Positions 27,600 to 40,507 of a stretch of DNA of 64,000 nucleotides are shown here, one piece after another. Origin of the DNA: Squalus acanthias (taxonomy: Eukaryota); contig CM059432.1 in NCBI GenBank assembly GCA_030390025.1, forward strand, positions 64,418,001 to 64,482,000. The letters are read 5' to 3'. The notes under the pieces are model-generated. The model searched no databases and had not been told where the DNA came from. It saw nothing but the letters and a program-made list of their open reading frames with translations. A program made the translations under genes and the position numbers. Each line of letters starts with the position of its first letter. The stretch's first letter is position 1.

Positions 27600-28058
27600 T
27601 ATTACATAGTGGTTTATTGCTTCATAGACAATGTCAAAGTGCTTGCAATTGCCATAGAATATTCTGAACTCTTAAGGGGCTACTGGCATTACAGCTTTTT
27701 TCATGGGGATTCTTCTGGAAATTCCACCCTGGCAAGAGGAGGAGAAGGAGAAGGAGGAGCAGCAATAGGAGGAAGCAGCAAACAGAGCTGCAGCTGCAGA
27801 GAGAGTAAATAGAAAGAGGCGTGCTCACAGTAATCCTTACCCTCCCAACAGAGCTTATAGGCCCAGGACAACATACTTGCAGTTCTCTGAGGAGCAGTGC
27901 ATATGGAGGCTTTGCTTCACTAGAGAAGCATGGTCACTGGCCCCTCTTTTTTAAATGACCCCATTCCCGAGCTATGGGACAGGGTCTCAATGGGAGCTTT
28001 GTGGTGGACTGAAGTTCTGTCCCACCACACTTCCAATGGTGCCTCGAAAATTGGAGTC
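27600..28058 (+). mobile_element. Harbinger remnant (transposase N-terminus); probable left part at about 25283-25670, split by the CR1
   Basis: AYRPRTTYLQFSEEQCIWRLCFTRE resembles [22 protein letters not shown] at about 42300. Confidence 0.6.
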
Positions 28059-28607
28059 TTGTATTTTTTGACAGTAATTAATACCAAAAATAAAACTTGT
28101 CAAGTTTTAACAAATGTCCATTTACTTTTGTTTATTTATTATCATTTCTAAAAGAATATATTAGAATGATCTCAATCTGGTACTTTTATCAGAATACGTG
28201 CATTATTTATTTTAGTAACTGTGACCCAATCTGTGCTTATCTCTTTAAGTATGACTATAACCAATAGTTGACTCCACAGAGCATAGTGACTTACAGATGG
28301 AAAAACATTCCTCTAGTATTTAATTACAGTACTGGATTAACAATCCATTTTTATTACTACATAAATAAATGTAGGTCATCTGTTAGTGATTTCTCATTTA
28401 TTTTTATAACAATTCAAATATACTTACTGGTGACCATTAATCATTATTTTTTTAATCAAAAATTGGCTCTGAGTCTACCTGCAGTACAATTATATTATGG
28501 GGACAGTGTTTTTAATTTTTGTTCCCAGCTGGCAATGCAAAATCAGAAAGTTAGCCTTTGTATAGTGGAATTGCATTCACTACATAATACCTGTGTTGGT
28601 GTTTAAA

Positions 28608-28790
28608 TGAGAAATTCATCTTGGGTGGTGGTGCAAAACAGGCGATATTGGATCGTCCGCTCGTTATACGCAGCCCCTGATATTCAGTTCCAGTGCAGTC
28701 AATGGAACCGAATATTAGGCGCTGCGTATAACAGGCAGCCAGTCTGATCCAACCATTTTGCACCACCGCCCGAGATGAATTTCTAGACCT
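28608..28790. mobile_element. Hairpin MITE (related copy at 46620-46801)
   Basis: Arms gaaattcatcttgggtggtggtgcaaaa / ttttgcaccaccgcccgagatgaatttc; long palindrome. Confidence 0.7.
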
Positions 28791-29012
28791 TCAAGTCTTA
28801 ACAACCTTCCTAAGGCTGAACATGTCTCTTTTTTTAAAGAAACACAAAAAAAAATGCACATGTCTCATCCTAACTAATAAATCACATAATGTGATTTCTG
28901 AGACAATGGGGGAGATTTTCCACATTAATGCTGCTGGTGAATGTTTGGGGCACTTATCGAGAAATTGTGCACCTCCAGTCCTGATTGGTTTGGAAACTCC
29001 TGGACTGGGGGT

Positions 29013-29654
29013 TGTTAGACGGGGCAAGGGGCGATTTCCCGATTATACTTTAGCATACACAGAGCTATCCCTTTACTTTAAGCTCAAGCAAAACATCACA
29101 TACGTACTAACACCAGCGATTGGTCAATTCGGCGATGACTAGACGTATGATTTCTGATAACTGACCAGGTCACCCGGCTGCAGCAGCGAGTATTTTTTAA
29201 CAGCATCTTTTATACTGTAAAACCTGGCAACTCTCCCACTGCGGACGTGTCCCTAACTATACAGCATTAGTTGTTTTTCAGCTACTCTTATCAATAGTCC
29301 ATTAAGCATCCGTGGGCTTCAAGGCCGGTTACATTCCATAGTCTGAAGATGTTTCTGTTTTTGCAATGATCCCACAGCTCAATAGTCTGTTCCCACAGAA
29401 CCTTCAAGGTCTGTTTTCCTTATCTGTTGAAAGATAGTTGGCAGCCTTTACATCTTACAACCGTAGCAGTCTGTTTGACATCCAGCAGAAAGTCTCTGTT
29501 TCTGTCCAAGGTCTTCTTTATCTGTGAACAGTTTTCGTACAATGTTCCCACAGGAACCTCTCAGCCTCTCAAAGCATGCTGGTATATTACATTTGGTCAA
29601 CTTTTAAGCTTAGTCAAGTTACAGCAAAATTATATCAAATGGCTTATTCTTACA
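29013..29654 (-). repeat. 3' LTR with rearranged and partly deleted R/U5; PPT gagggtggac directly adjacent (29655-29664)
   Basis: 29036-29654 aligns with 37324-37937 (roughly 90-95% by eye); starts TGTAAGAATAAGCC on the minus strand. Confidence 0.92.
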
Positions 29655-29754
29655 GTCCACCCTCAAGTGGCTGTGCACCTGAATCAAGGGTCACAGGCAC
29701 TTACAACTTGTAGGCGTTGTCTTCTTCCTTTGGTGTCTTCTGTAACAGCTTAAC

Positions 29755-32131
29755 TCACTCCTGCTGCTTGCGTCTCCTGTTGACTTGACAAGTTATTGTT
29801 AGTAAATATAACACAATCACCAACTGACCAATGACCAAAACGTGGGAGATAATTCTTATCCAGGGATGAACCTCGATACTCATACCTGATATCCCACCAG
29901 GACAAATCGTCCCCGACCTTAAGGATTGCTTTACGCAGTTCACGATTTTTCTGGGCCAGGGTATAATAGTGCTTTTGGGACTGACTAATGCATTTCATTA
30001 ACTCTACCAAGTGTTCTGGCAGAGGTGGAATGTCATAGTCGAATCGAGTTGCATACTGGTGTAATTGCTTTTTTAACTCATCTTCTACAGCGATATCTAC
30101 TTGCCTGTGCGAATAAATGCTTAATAAAACCCACACCCCAAGTCTCACAGGTCAGACTAGGGTAAAATAAAAAGTTCCCACCGCAATAGGACAAGTCAGG
30201 TTGTTACCGTACTGGTATTCCCGCTGCATAGTGGTGACACAATATTCACCCTTCCCTCGATACGCAGATCGTATGGGGAAATGCAGTTACTTTCATGATG
30301 CAGTTCCATTCTATCTCATCCCAATCAAACCCGCACGCTGGGGCTGCATGTTCTACCATAAGGGCAGATGAATGTGTCCTGAGCATGCACACACCCAGTA
30401 AGATCTGGGGCCACCCATGTGGTCCCATCCACTCGGGTCACGTACTTTGGGAGTTTGTCATACCTTATTAAGTGATCTCCCTGACGTACTCCTATATTCT
30501 CCACACGGAACAAAGGATTTGGGGTCGCCTTTTTGGGCAAAATGGGATAATATAATACCATCCCTAACAGGGTGATGTTGTTTTGTTCCTGTAAATGGCA
30601 TTCATGTTTCACCGGGTACACCTGTACCAACCCCCTGACTTGACACATATTCATGGTGAGTTGGTAAGTGGCCATTGGCCTCAGATGTCAATCAGTCACC
30701 CACTGAGGAAGCTTCCCCTCAGCAATGCACTGCAGGTTTTCTCGGGCTTGTTCCACTAACCAAGATCCATACATTACACAAACATCATTTTGCGCGGCCT
30801 CACTAGAGACATTCCGATCCTCCTTTAAAACTTGATTTATCTTTTTAGCATGGGATTCTAAATATTTAACCACACCTGCAGATGAATGGTCATAATTTGG
30901 CTCTCTTTCAATTCCTCCTGTTCCAGACCATTCATTTTATTCAAAATTTCCCTTAGATGATTTCTAACTGCCTTTACGGATTGATCCAAATTAGCCAAAT
31001 CAAGGCTATTTAACTAGGGAGGTTCCGGTATTAAAAACAGTTGCTGCATCATTTATCAGACCCCGTCGCCTTCTGATGTGGTTCCCTTTAATCCCGTAAC
31101 CAACATCATTTTTGTCAACGAGCTCGGTACTATTTTTCCCAAAGTTATTGTTAAATCCATTACCATCCCCTTGCAATATAATGGCTCTAATTCCGATTCC
31201 GCCAATGTTGTGCTGGCCCTCTCCCAAAATCCTTCTATTAACTCCTGCATCATCCTCCCATATAACCGCGCAGTCTCTGGTTTGCACCAGTTCGGTAGTC
31301 CCACTTCAGTCAGATTCAATATTACCAGCACCACCTCGTGATACACATCATGGTACAATATCATCCAAGTTGGGATTACCACTAACCCATTTGTCGGTCC
31401 CCGGGTGTGTTTAGGGCAAGTGACCTGGGTTATATTTTGTCCTTCCCGTGATCATGTTTTATTCATAGGGAGGGGAATTTTCGGTCGAACTTTTCATTCT
31501 ACTGCATGTATAACCACACTTCCGTCACCACATCTCCTTACGTGATAGGTGCTAATACCGGTATCGTTGCTATACCATTGATAGAGTTCCTTGGGAAAAC
31601 ATTGTACAACTGGTCACATCCCTTTCAATCATGGCCAAGCCATCTGAATCATCCAACTGGAACCCATCTGTTACCCCACTTGGGCTCGCACATCCGTAAA
31701 TTCCCTCATGATTTTTCCACCATCAGGGCCAACATAACAGAGTGTCTCCCGCTGCTCGGGATTGCGTCGGGCTTCCTACATTCCCCCGAGGGTTCCCTAT
31801 CTGAAAATACCTTAAATGGTCACTTGGTTCAGCCTGTGCGAACCACACCCTCGGCCCGGTGGGGCGATGTTTGCATTTTATGCAGACCCACTGACCTTCC
31901 TGGACCTCGTAAGTGGTAACCCATACTGTACCCGAACACGCGGTTTCGCAATCACCCTTGATGTACTGGAGAGTAATGTTTTGAGTGGCGCCTAGGGGTG
32001 GTGTCTCCGGTGCAACCGCAATCGAACTATTATAGGGAAAATAGTGTTGGTCCAGTATGCCGAATAGGCTGATGTGGAATCATCAAGATAGAGCAGAATC
32101 CCGATCATTGGCCAGAATAATATCGTCTTGC
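29755..32131 (-). pseudogene. env-like class I fusion glycoprotein, frameshifted
   Basis: Splice acceptor ttttgtcccttatcccacag at 32132, hydrophobic leader ILFWPMIGILLYL, furin site RRRR (31063-74) followed by GLINDAATVFNTGTSLV, heptad NSLDLANLDQSVKAVRNHLREIL, Cys-rich region, TM IISHVLVIGQLVIVLYLLTITC then RRRK. Confidence 0.85.
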
Positions 32132-32480
32132 CTGTGGGATAAGGGACAAAAATGGCGTGTTACTCCCGGCCTTGCACCCTACGTACACCCATTAGTTCAG
32201 GCTCTCATTACTGATGTATTTTAAAAAAAGGGACTTCCTACTTTTCTTTTTCTGCATTGGGCAATTTTAGACTCCTACCGATGACAATACTTTAAGGGTG
32301 TCTTTTTATTTCTTTTACTACACCGCCGTGGGGTAGGAGGGGCCTGTTGGACTCGTCTGTGGAGTGGACAGGGGTTAGTTCCAGTTCTGGGGTGAGGAGG
32401 TTTCTACAGCTCCCATGTCCTGTCCACTTTCATTTCAATCATACTCTACCTGTGGAGGCGCCACTTCAGGCAAGGGCGCC

Positions 32481-33045
32481 TCATTGGGTGGGGCTATGTT
32501 TAGGCATCCCCTCTGCATCATCCCATTGAAGAGGACAAATCCGACTCACCATGCTCATGATCGTGGCTTGTTGTCTTCTTGACCTGCTAGTGGGCTGAAA
32601 AAGCTTCATCTGGTTAATATGAAACCACTTAATTTTCTTAGGCAACCGAACCGCATACATCATAGGGCTGGCTTTATCAACAACGTTATACGGTCCCTTG
32701 TAAAGAGGTTCAAACACTCCCACCCTCGCATAGTTTCATACCATTACCTGGCTTCCCACCTCCCATTCCTGGGGTTTACTTGGAGCCAAGTGTAATCGGT
32801 TGCGTTGGTGTGCCCTCCCGATGTTGTGGGCGGCCATCAGGTGTACCTCCTTTAAAGTTTCCCAGAGGTCGCTCAGGAATTTGTCCCAGGTCACCTCCTC
32901 AACATGCTTGTCCGTTAACGTGGGGACCAACAGGTGTGTGGGGGTTCGCATGGGTCTCCCCGTTACCAATTCATGTGGGGAATAACCCGTTCCTTTAGAC
33001 TCATTACTGCGTATTCCCATAAGGATTAGGGGAAGTACCTCATCC
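32481..33045 (-). pseudogene. Integrase C-terminal part with GPY/F module (Gypsy/loki type), one internal stop
   Basis: LPLILMGIRS..TGYSPHELVTGRPMRTP, VGSQVMV, PLYKGPYNVVDKASP and KWFHINQMK. Confidence 0.9.
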
Positions 33046-33448
33046 CTGTTTGAGTTCCTGAAATTGACCCATAATCACCTAGGAAAATGATTTTAGAAAA
33101 AATTCCCATTTATTACCATTTCATCTCATTCATGAGCCCTGGAGAAACTTTACCATCCAATATAATATGATCATTACCATTTAACATCTTACTGGACCTT
33201 CTATTCCTCAAAATATACCAGAGAGCAATTCGGTCTGTAAGATGAGGGATGTTAGTTACATTTAACACAACAGTCTCCCCCCACAAAACTTCTTTGTTAA
33301 CACAGTTTAGACAGAACTACATAGACTGCACCTTTTCAAAAATAAAATTTGATTATCCCCTTAAATTTCAGGTAAATTTCCCTTCCCAAGTGCTTGAGCA
33401 GCAACTCATATCAATTTATCTAATCAATTTTAATTTCACAAACAAATT

Positions 33449-34170
33449 GGGCCCAGAAATTGATCCCGCGACGCTCGCGTATTCCCACTCCAATTGCCGG
33501 TTTTCTGCATGCCCTGCGCATGCGCTGAAAACCGGCAATTGCTCTTCTGAAAAGGGGGCGGGTCCTCGGTGCATCGCGTGCGCGCTACAGGCTGCGCGCA
33601 CGCTGTGCACTTCATGCTTTGGACGCGCAGGTAAGTACTGAAGATTTTGGAAATGTAAAAAGGAGGAGTAAGACCCACTTTTAAGAAGGTAAGTAGTGAA
33701 TTAAGTATTTTTTTGAATTTTTTTTAACAGGTATATCTTTTTTAGAGACTTTAAAGACAGGTAAGTTTATTTTTATAACTTTTTAAAAGATTTTAAATTT
33801 TTTCAAAAATTTAATTTTTTATTTACAATGGTTAATTTAATTAACTATACTTATTTTATTAATGTGATGGTTTTTTTTTAATTTAATTGAGGTTTAGCTG
33901 TTATTTTGGGGGGGTGTAAGATTCATAGATTTCACAGCAGGTCTGTGAAACTTATGAATGGAAGATGGTGTGCTGCCATTGGCTCTAACTGAGTCACGTG
34001 ATCCCACAGCTCGCACGAATTCACTACGCCGGTGGGATACGCAAGCACTGCACAGCAGCTGTCCAGAACATCAAGTTCGTGCGAGCTGGATCTGAAAAAG
34101 CACAAGCGAGGTGCGACATCGCGGGGAAGGCTTACCCCCGCGGGAACAGAGCGAGATCAATTTCTGGGCC
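33449..34170. mobile_element. Harbinger-type MITE with TSD ATT, inserted inside the provirus
   Basis: TIR ggcccagaaattgatc; closely similar to 45794-46535. Confidence 0.88.
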
Positions 34171-34242
34171 ATTATGTCCAGGCTTGTGATTTAACAAAAG
34201 AAGACAGAAGTAGTTGCAATCACGTTTGGATGCAAGTCTTTT

Positions 34243-34279
<37 letters not shown>

Positions 34280-36499
34280 CAATCTGTCTTGGAAGATAAC
34301 ACATGACTCTAAATAGTTAATTCCAAGCATTAAAAAGCAAAGTCTTAAGTCCAATTTTGTCACCATGCTGGGACATTCAAGATTTATCAATGTCTGCAGC
34401 TAAGAACTTAAATTCTGAACATTACCAGAGCACCCACTGCACTTTTCCAGCAAAGTTCAAGCTCCGTAACACCTTGAAGTCATTTCTATATCAAAGAATC
34501 ACTTTTGGTAATCTTGCACCATCAACACTCATAGAATGTTTCAAAGAAAAAACAGAAAATCCATAGTGGCTTTCCTGTGAACCCTATGGGTTAATTTGTC
34601 AATTCCTGGTTCCCTTCTGTCACTGTGGGGAAACATCCACTCAAATTAAAAGCCTTAAAAATTTAACAATGCCCAAAATGTTCACAAAACACACAGCTGC
34701 TTGTGAAAAGTGTTAACTTTTTTTTCAAAAGAAGACAAACACAAATATCATCAATCAATGTCAGTTTGTGTCACACAGCTTCTCGCAGTTTTCAAGTAAA
34801 TAAAAAAAAACTCGTCAGAAAAACCTGTTACTTTTGCAAAATCTTTGTGCCTTTCAAACTTGCAAAGATTCTGATCAATTAAATTCAGTAGGTAAAAACA
34901 TAACACCACCATAAACATTCTGTGAACAACTCCACACACAACAATAGCATTTCCTTTTTTTCCCCTTGGTCACACATACTTGAAATTGGTCAGAATTTTT
35001 TTAAAAATACCAATTATTGATGTGATTGCCTCATGTCTAGAACTAGAGGCTTTCACACAATTTACACCAACCAGAATTTCACCATGGCCACAATAAAAGT
35101 CTGGTTTAAACAGGTTAGTTAACCTCAATAGCTCCAATTTAATTCAGACCAATATCTTAAACTAACCAGCACCACCAGAAAGCAAAAGAGGGAGAAGCTT
35201 CCCTCAGCTTCTAGCTTCGAAAAATTCAGACGAGTTTTTTTCAGACATCACTACACTGAAAGTAGAAAAGGGATAAAATCTTTCCTTTTCTCCTTTCTTT
35301 ATTTCACCATAGGCTACTTGTCAAAAACTTAGAGAGTGGGCGTCTCGGACTTGCAGTAACCAAATTAGAAGACAGTGCTTTGTAAACGTTCAAATTGATT
35401 TAAAAATAAAATCAAACAACAGCAATTTTTGTAATCCAATTAAAACAAAGTACAGTAAACTCTTTCATATCTGGCACCTACGGGACCGAGATGGTGCCGG
35501 TTGATTAAAAATTCCGGATAACGGAGAGGTATTCCTACCGAGGCAATTTATATATCGGCCGACCTCAGACCAGAAGAAGGTAATTCTGTGGGGGTGTTCC
35601 GAACTCAGGAGGGGAGGTGCGACATGGAGTGGCAATGGCCCAAGCTGGTTATTCTGGCCCCACAAATATACAGTAAAACTTACCTTTGAGCTCCTCTTTG
35701 GCTGGACGGCCAGCTGATACTGTGCGGGGAAGATTGCAGCACCCACAGCGACGGCGGGAACAAGTGGTAAGTCATTCCCCACCATTTTCGGGACATTACT
35801 GCCCCGTTCCTTCTGGGGCAGAAGCCTCAAAACCTACTCCTGAATTTTGCCGGTTATTAAAGAATTCCGGATGATTAAGCGCCGTTTAAACAAAAGTTTA
35901 CTGTACATTCAAAAAGTCCAGCTTCATTTTCTACCAGACATGATCAGAAACCATGGCAACCGTAACTTCAAGGCTGAAGCTTATCTTTTGTAAAACAAAC
36001 TGCTCTGATTTACAGTTTGCTGTACAAGCCATCCCAGTCAAAATGAATCCACAGCAGTGTCTTTAACTTAAAAATGCAAATCACAAAATTTCTCCCACTT
36101 CTACGTGCACAATCTTAAATTGAAATGAACATATTTAACACATTCATACTTTCTTAAAACTTCCAACATCCAAAACAAGACCACAAAGGGTTAAACAGCT
36201 TTTATCTCTATGCACAGAAAAGTGGGTGGAGCTAAAACAAACACAACAGACACTTTCTTTCAAAGATAGACTTTCAGACAAAAGGAATACTGCAACTTCT
36301 TACACATTCATAGTCAGCAAAACTTCCATACTTTAACACACACTTACACACACACTGAAATTCCAGCATCCTTTAAGGTTCCTTTCACTCAGCAGATCTT
36401 GTATTTTATTTGTCTCGGCACAGAAGCTGATAGCTTCCATGTCGGTAAAACTTTAAGTTTCTCTTTTTTTTCCTTCTTGCAAATCGTCATCTCAGCAGC

Positions 36500-37119
36500 T
36501 TTTCCTGGCTCCCCGATCCCTATATTTTACCTTCCTTTGCTGAGTTTTCAGGTTGGTTAGCCTGCAACTTAGATCTTTTTCCCTCTTTCTCTCACTCTCT
36601 CTCCTGTTCTTTATGCTTCACCTCCAGTTTCTTAATCCACTTATTACATTCAGTGTGGTCCCCACGAGCACTCTATTCCTCTGGAGCCTGTTTCTGGGTG
36701 ACCCTAAATGCAACCTTCAGGTCCTCAGTGACCTTTTCTGCCTGCTCTGCCCGATATCTCTGTTTGGATAATTCTTTTGACCAGGCACCGCACTGATACA
36801 CTGGCTCTCGAGGTGTTGCTCTTTATTACACCACCTCTCCTCCTTTTCCAACTTTTCCTTGAGCCTTTTCCTATGTTCCTTTTCTCCCTGTTTCTTTCCT
36901 TAACTTGATCTTTACCCTTTCATCAGATTTCACCTGCCTCTGATAGGCCAATAACCAAATGGATTTCCTTAACCTTGGCCAACATGTGGACCCTTGGGTC
37001 CACTGTTCAGCCTCCAATACTGGATCATCACCATCTATAATGACCCGGATCCACCTCTCTCAAAGAGGCAATGTCCCTGTCACATACTTAGCGACCAACT
37101 CATCTATTGTCTTTGCCAT
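36500..37119 (-). pseudogene. gag-like N-terminal remnant, charged and coiled-coil-like
   Basis: ATG at 37119 just after the PBS gives MAKTIDELVAKYV..; later frames give KELSKQRYRAEQAEKVTEDLKVAF and DHTECNKWIKKLE, with stops and frameshifts. Confidence 0.6.
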
Positions 37120-37135
37120 TGTTTGTTCTGAACGG

Positions 37136-37153
37136 GCCCTTGTTCAGGCACCA
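37136..37153 (-). promoter_or_regulatory. Primer-binding site, tRNA-Lys-like (TGGTGCCTGAACAAGGGC)
   Basis: 5 nt from the 5' LTR end; 14/18 match to the Lys3 PBS TGGCGCCCGAACAGGGAC, and two mismatches are CpG transitions. Confidence 0.7.
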
Positions 37154-37158
37154 AAATC

Positions 37159-37937
37159 TGTAAGACGTGTGGAAATCACCCCTCACCCCGTCTAACAGTT
37201 TCCTAAGTACAGACCCATTGAACAGACAACACAAAACCCAATGAATCTGTGAAAAACTTATTTTATTTAAAAATCAGCAAGAGATTACAAGTAAGCATCC
37301 AACAGTTGTGTAGAATATAACAATTCCCGATTATACTTTAGCATACACAGAGCTATCCCACTACTTTAAGCTCAAGCAAAACACCACTTACGTACTAACA
37401 CCAGTGATTGGTCAATTCAGCGATGATTAGATGTATGATTTCTGATAACTGACCAGGTTGCCCGGCTGCAAGTGTTTTTTAACAGCATCTTTTATACTGT
37501 AAAACCTGGCATCTCTCCCACTGTGGACATGTCCCTAACTATAGAGCGTTAGTTATTTTTCAGTTACTCTTATCAATAGTCCGTTAAGCATCCGTGGGCT
37601 TCAAGGCCGATTACATTCCATAGTTTGAAGATGTTTCTGTTTTTGCACTGATCCCACAGCTCAATAGTCTGTTCCCACTGAACCTTCAAGATCTGTTTTC
37701 CTTATCTGGTGAAAGACAGTTGGCAGCCTTTACATCTTACAATCGTAGCAGTCTGTTTTACATTCCAGCAGAAAGTCGCTGTTTCTGTCTAAAGTCTTCT
37801 TTATCTGTGAACAGTTTTCATCCAATGTTCCCACAGGAACCTCTCAGCCTCTCAAAGCATGCTGGTATATTAAATTTGGTCAACTTTTAAGCTTGGTCAA
37901 GTTACAGCAAAATTATATCAAATGGCTTATTCTTACA
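37159..37937 (-). repeat. 5' LTR, 779 bp, TGTAAGA...TCTTACA
   Basis: Inverted termini; TATA at about 37490-97 and AATAAA at about 37262-67 on the minus strand. Confidence 0.92.
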
Positions 37938-40507
37938 GGGTGCACAATTTGCCTGGAGCACTGAAGCAGAAAATCTCCCTTTGATTTCACTAGTGGTAAT
38001 GAGAAGTAGTAATAAATCTGGACACAATTTCAATAATGCTCCTTTAATCCTTCACAAGCAGCTAATGAGCTACTAGCATGGTATAAATGTCAAAGTTTAT
38101 TAATCCAGTTTTGCAGTGAACAATCTTTGTGAGAAATGCTTACTGATGCATAAGCAGATCCTGATGTTCTGATGAGGTGGTGTGTGTGTTGACTGCACTG
38201 TTCATTTCTGTTAGCGTGTGTTGATCCTTAAAATCTTCCCTTTCATTAAGTTCATTCTGACCAGGAGCAAAATGCGCACTTTTCAATTTGACTACAGCTG
38301 CAAAATGTTGCATGAGACCTCAGTACCACCCTGTTTACTCATATTTCACAGCCATTTTTACCCCTTCTTTGGTGCTGTAGGATTCCTCAGAGCAGCACTA
38401 CACATAGACAAATCATCTTTAGTGCTTTCTGCCAACATTGCCTTTTGCTCACGTCTGCTTTTTTCTTAACATTAATGATGACAGGCAAGTTGGGCCCATA
38501 GTTCATTAACTGTCATGTCATATCCTGCTTTGCAATTATTAAATGTCCCAACTAGCATTTTAATAATAGAATTAGAGATGAACTTGAACAAAACTGCAGG
38601 GACATTGCTCTGGAGAAAATCTTCTGTGTTTTCTGAGACAGACATGATTTTGTCTTCAAAGCCCATAATATTAGGGTTTTTAAAAAGCTGAAACCAAAGT
38701 TCCAATCTTCCCCCAAGGCCAAGCGGGAAAAATTTGTGTTCGCTAGCAAAGTGCAGTTAACGGCCGCTGGAAATGGCCGCAATGCTAACAGAATTAAATT
38801 GGTTTGGGGAGGCATGGAGATAGGTGGCGCAGCACTCACTGAATTGGTGGCATTGCAGGTGGGATCCGGGATGAAGTTCCTGTCCCGATCTGGCGTTGCA
38901 GCTTCCCACAGCCTCTATGAGCGAAGCTGTGGAGCTCTCAAGGAATTGTGGGTAATGAAGAGGTCTGAGAATTAAAGGGGCCATGCACACTGAAGCAATA
39001 CAAAATAAAATGCAGTGAATCAATACATTTTTCAGCCCTTTCTGCCTTTTAAAAAATATTCAATATTCAAAAGAAGTTCCAAATGTGAATATTCAGCTGT
39101 TAAAGCTGAATTACCTTCCTAACTTCAACAAATGGGAAAATTGCCTCAGCGCTAACACAAATGGCTCAGCAAGCCAGGGTAGGGGCACTCCAGCTTTGTG
39201 CAGGGGGTCAACACTGCAAGAGCGGCCCTCTACCCACAGGGACCAGGAGGCCCTCCAGAAAGCACGATGTGGGAGTACATCACTAAGGCCGTCACTGCCA
39301 GCAGTGGTGCCCCCACCACCTGGCTCCAGTACCCAAAGAAGCTCATGACCTCAGACCACTGGTCAAGGTCAGTGAATGCATCTTCAAAAGCCGTCTCCTA
39401 CCATCTGCACCATTAGCCTCACACACTGCTCAATGCACAACCCCCAATCACTCACCTATCAACAATCTGCATCAATGATGAGGCACATCTCCCATTTCTA
39501 GCCTCACCTCACCCTCTTGGAGGAGACGGTGCAGGCCATTCTTGGCAGGGGCATGGTTGAGCCCTTGGCCAGCGGCAGGGCTGAAAGGATACAAGATGCT
39601 AGTATCCTCGTATGTTATCTTCCTTATAGCATGCACCTCTTGCTTTCCCGCCCTCCCGTCAGCACAACTCCACCCTTGTGCCTTCCTCACTTCACACACC
39701 CAAGAAATGCAGCCTGCCCAGCCAGTGGGTCAACTAGAAGAGGCAGTCTGTCCAGCCAGTGGGACCACAGGCGGATGATTCCATCCTGGATATCCCGGCC
39801 ACAAAGGGGCTGTCTGGGATGCATCCTTCCGTTTGATTCCTCCTCTTCTTCCTCTTCCTCTTCTGCGTTTTCCTCTGCCCTCTGCAAGCAGATGCTGTAA
39901 ATGTGAAATGACAGCATAGAATGCTGGAAATACTCAGTTGGTCAGGCAGCATGTCAACCTGAGATGTGGGGCTCAATTTTAACAGCCCTGAGGAGGCGGG
40001 TTTGAAGGTGGGTCAGCAGCGAAAATCGGGAAAAAATGGCTTCAGACACCCAACCCACCTCCATCCCGCCCCCACGAGATTTTCGTGAATGTCAGGTCAG
40101 CCACTCCCACACTGACCCAAAGGGAACCGGTGGGACAGGTAGTTAAGGCAGTTAACAGCCTGTTAACTGCCTTGCTAATCCTATTTTTATAGTGGTTTCC
40201 CATTTTCGTGCTTCTGGCTTCTGTTTCCCATCTTGTCAGAAACATGCCAGCTGCAAGGAGACGAGTTTCTCGAGGACATGATTTGTTGTCATTGGTGCAG
40301 CACTTTAAAAGTGCTCCTGTAACATGGCTGACATTCAAATACAACAATTTGTTGTTGGAGGGTTGGGATAAGATTTTGCAAATCTACTGACCTTGTGACT
40401 GTTCAAGCTGACACCCATCTGCAGTGTTACCTGATTGGAATAATTTCAAGCCACTTTGAGTGTGCGCTTGCAAGCTTCTTGCCTCAACTAAAATCTATAG
40501 CAACGGG

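Larger units (their letters stand above)
29013..37937 (-). mobile_element. Endogenous LTR retrovirus-like provirus (lokiretrovirus-like or env-bearing Gypsy), decayed, inserted in a small MITE
   Basis: Two LTRs, TSD GGGT (29009-12 and 37938-41), PBS, PPT, gag remnant, integrase C-terminus and env. Confidence 0.9.
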
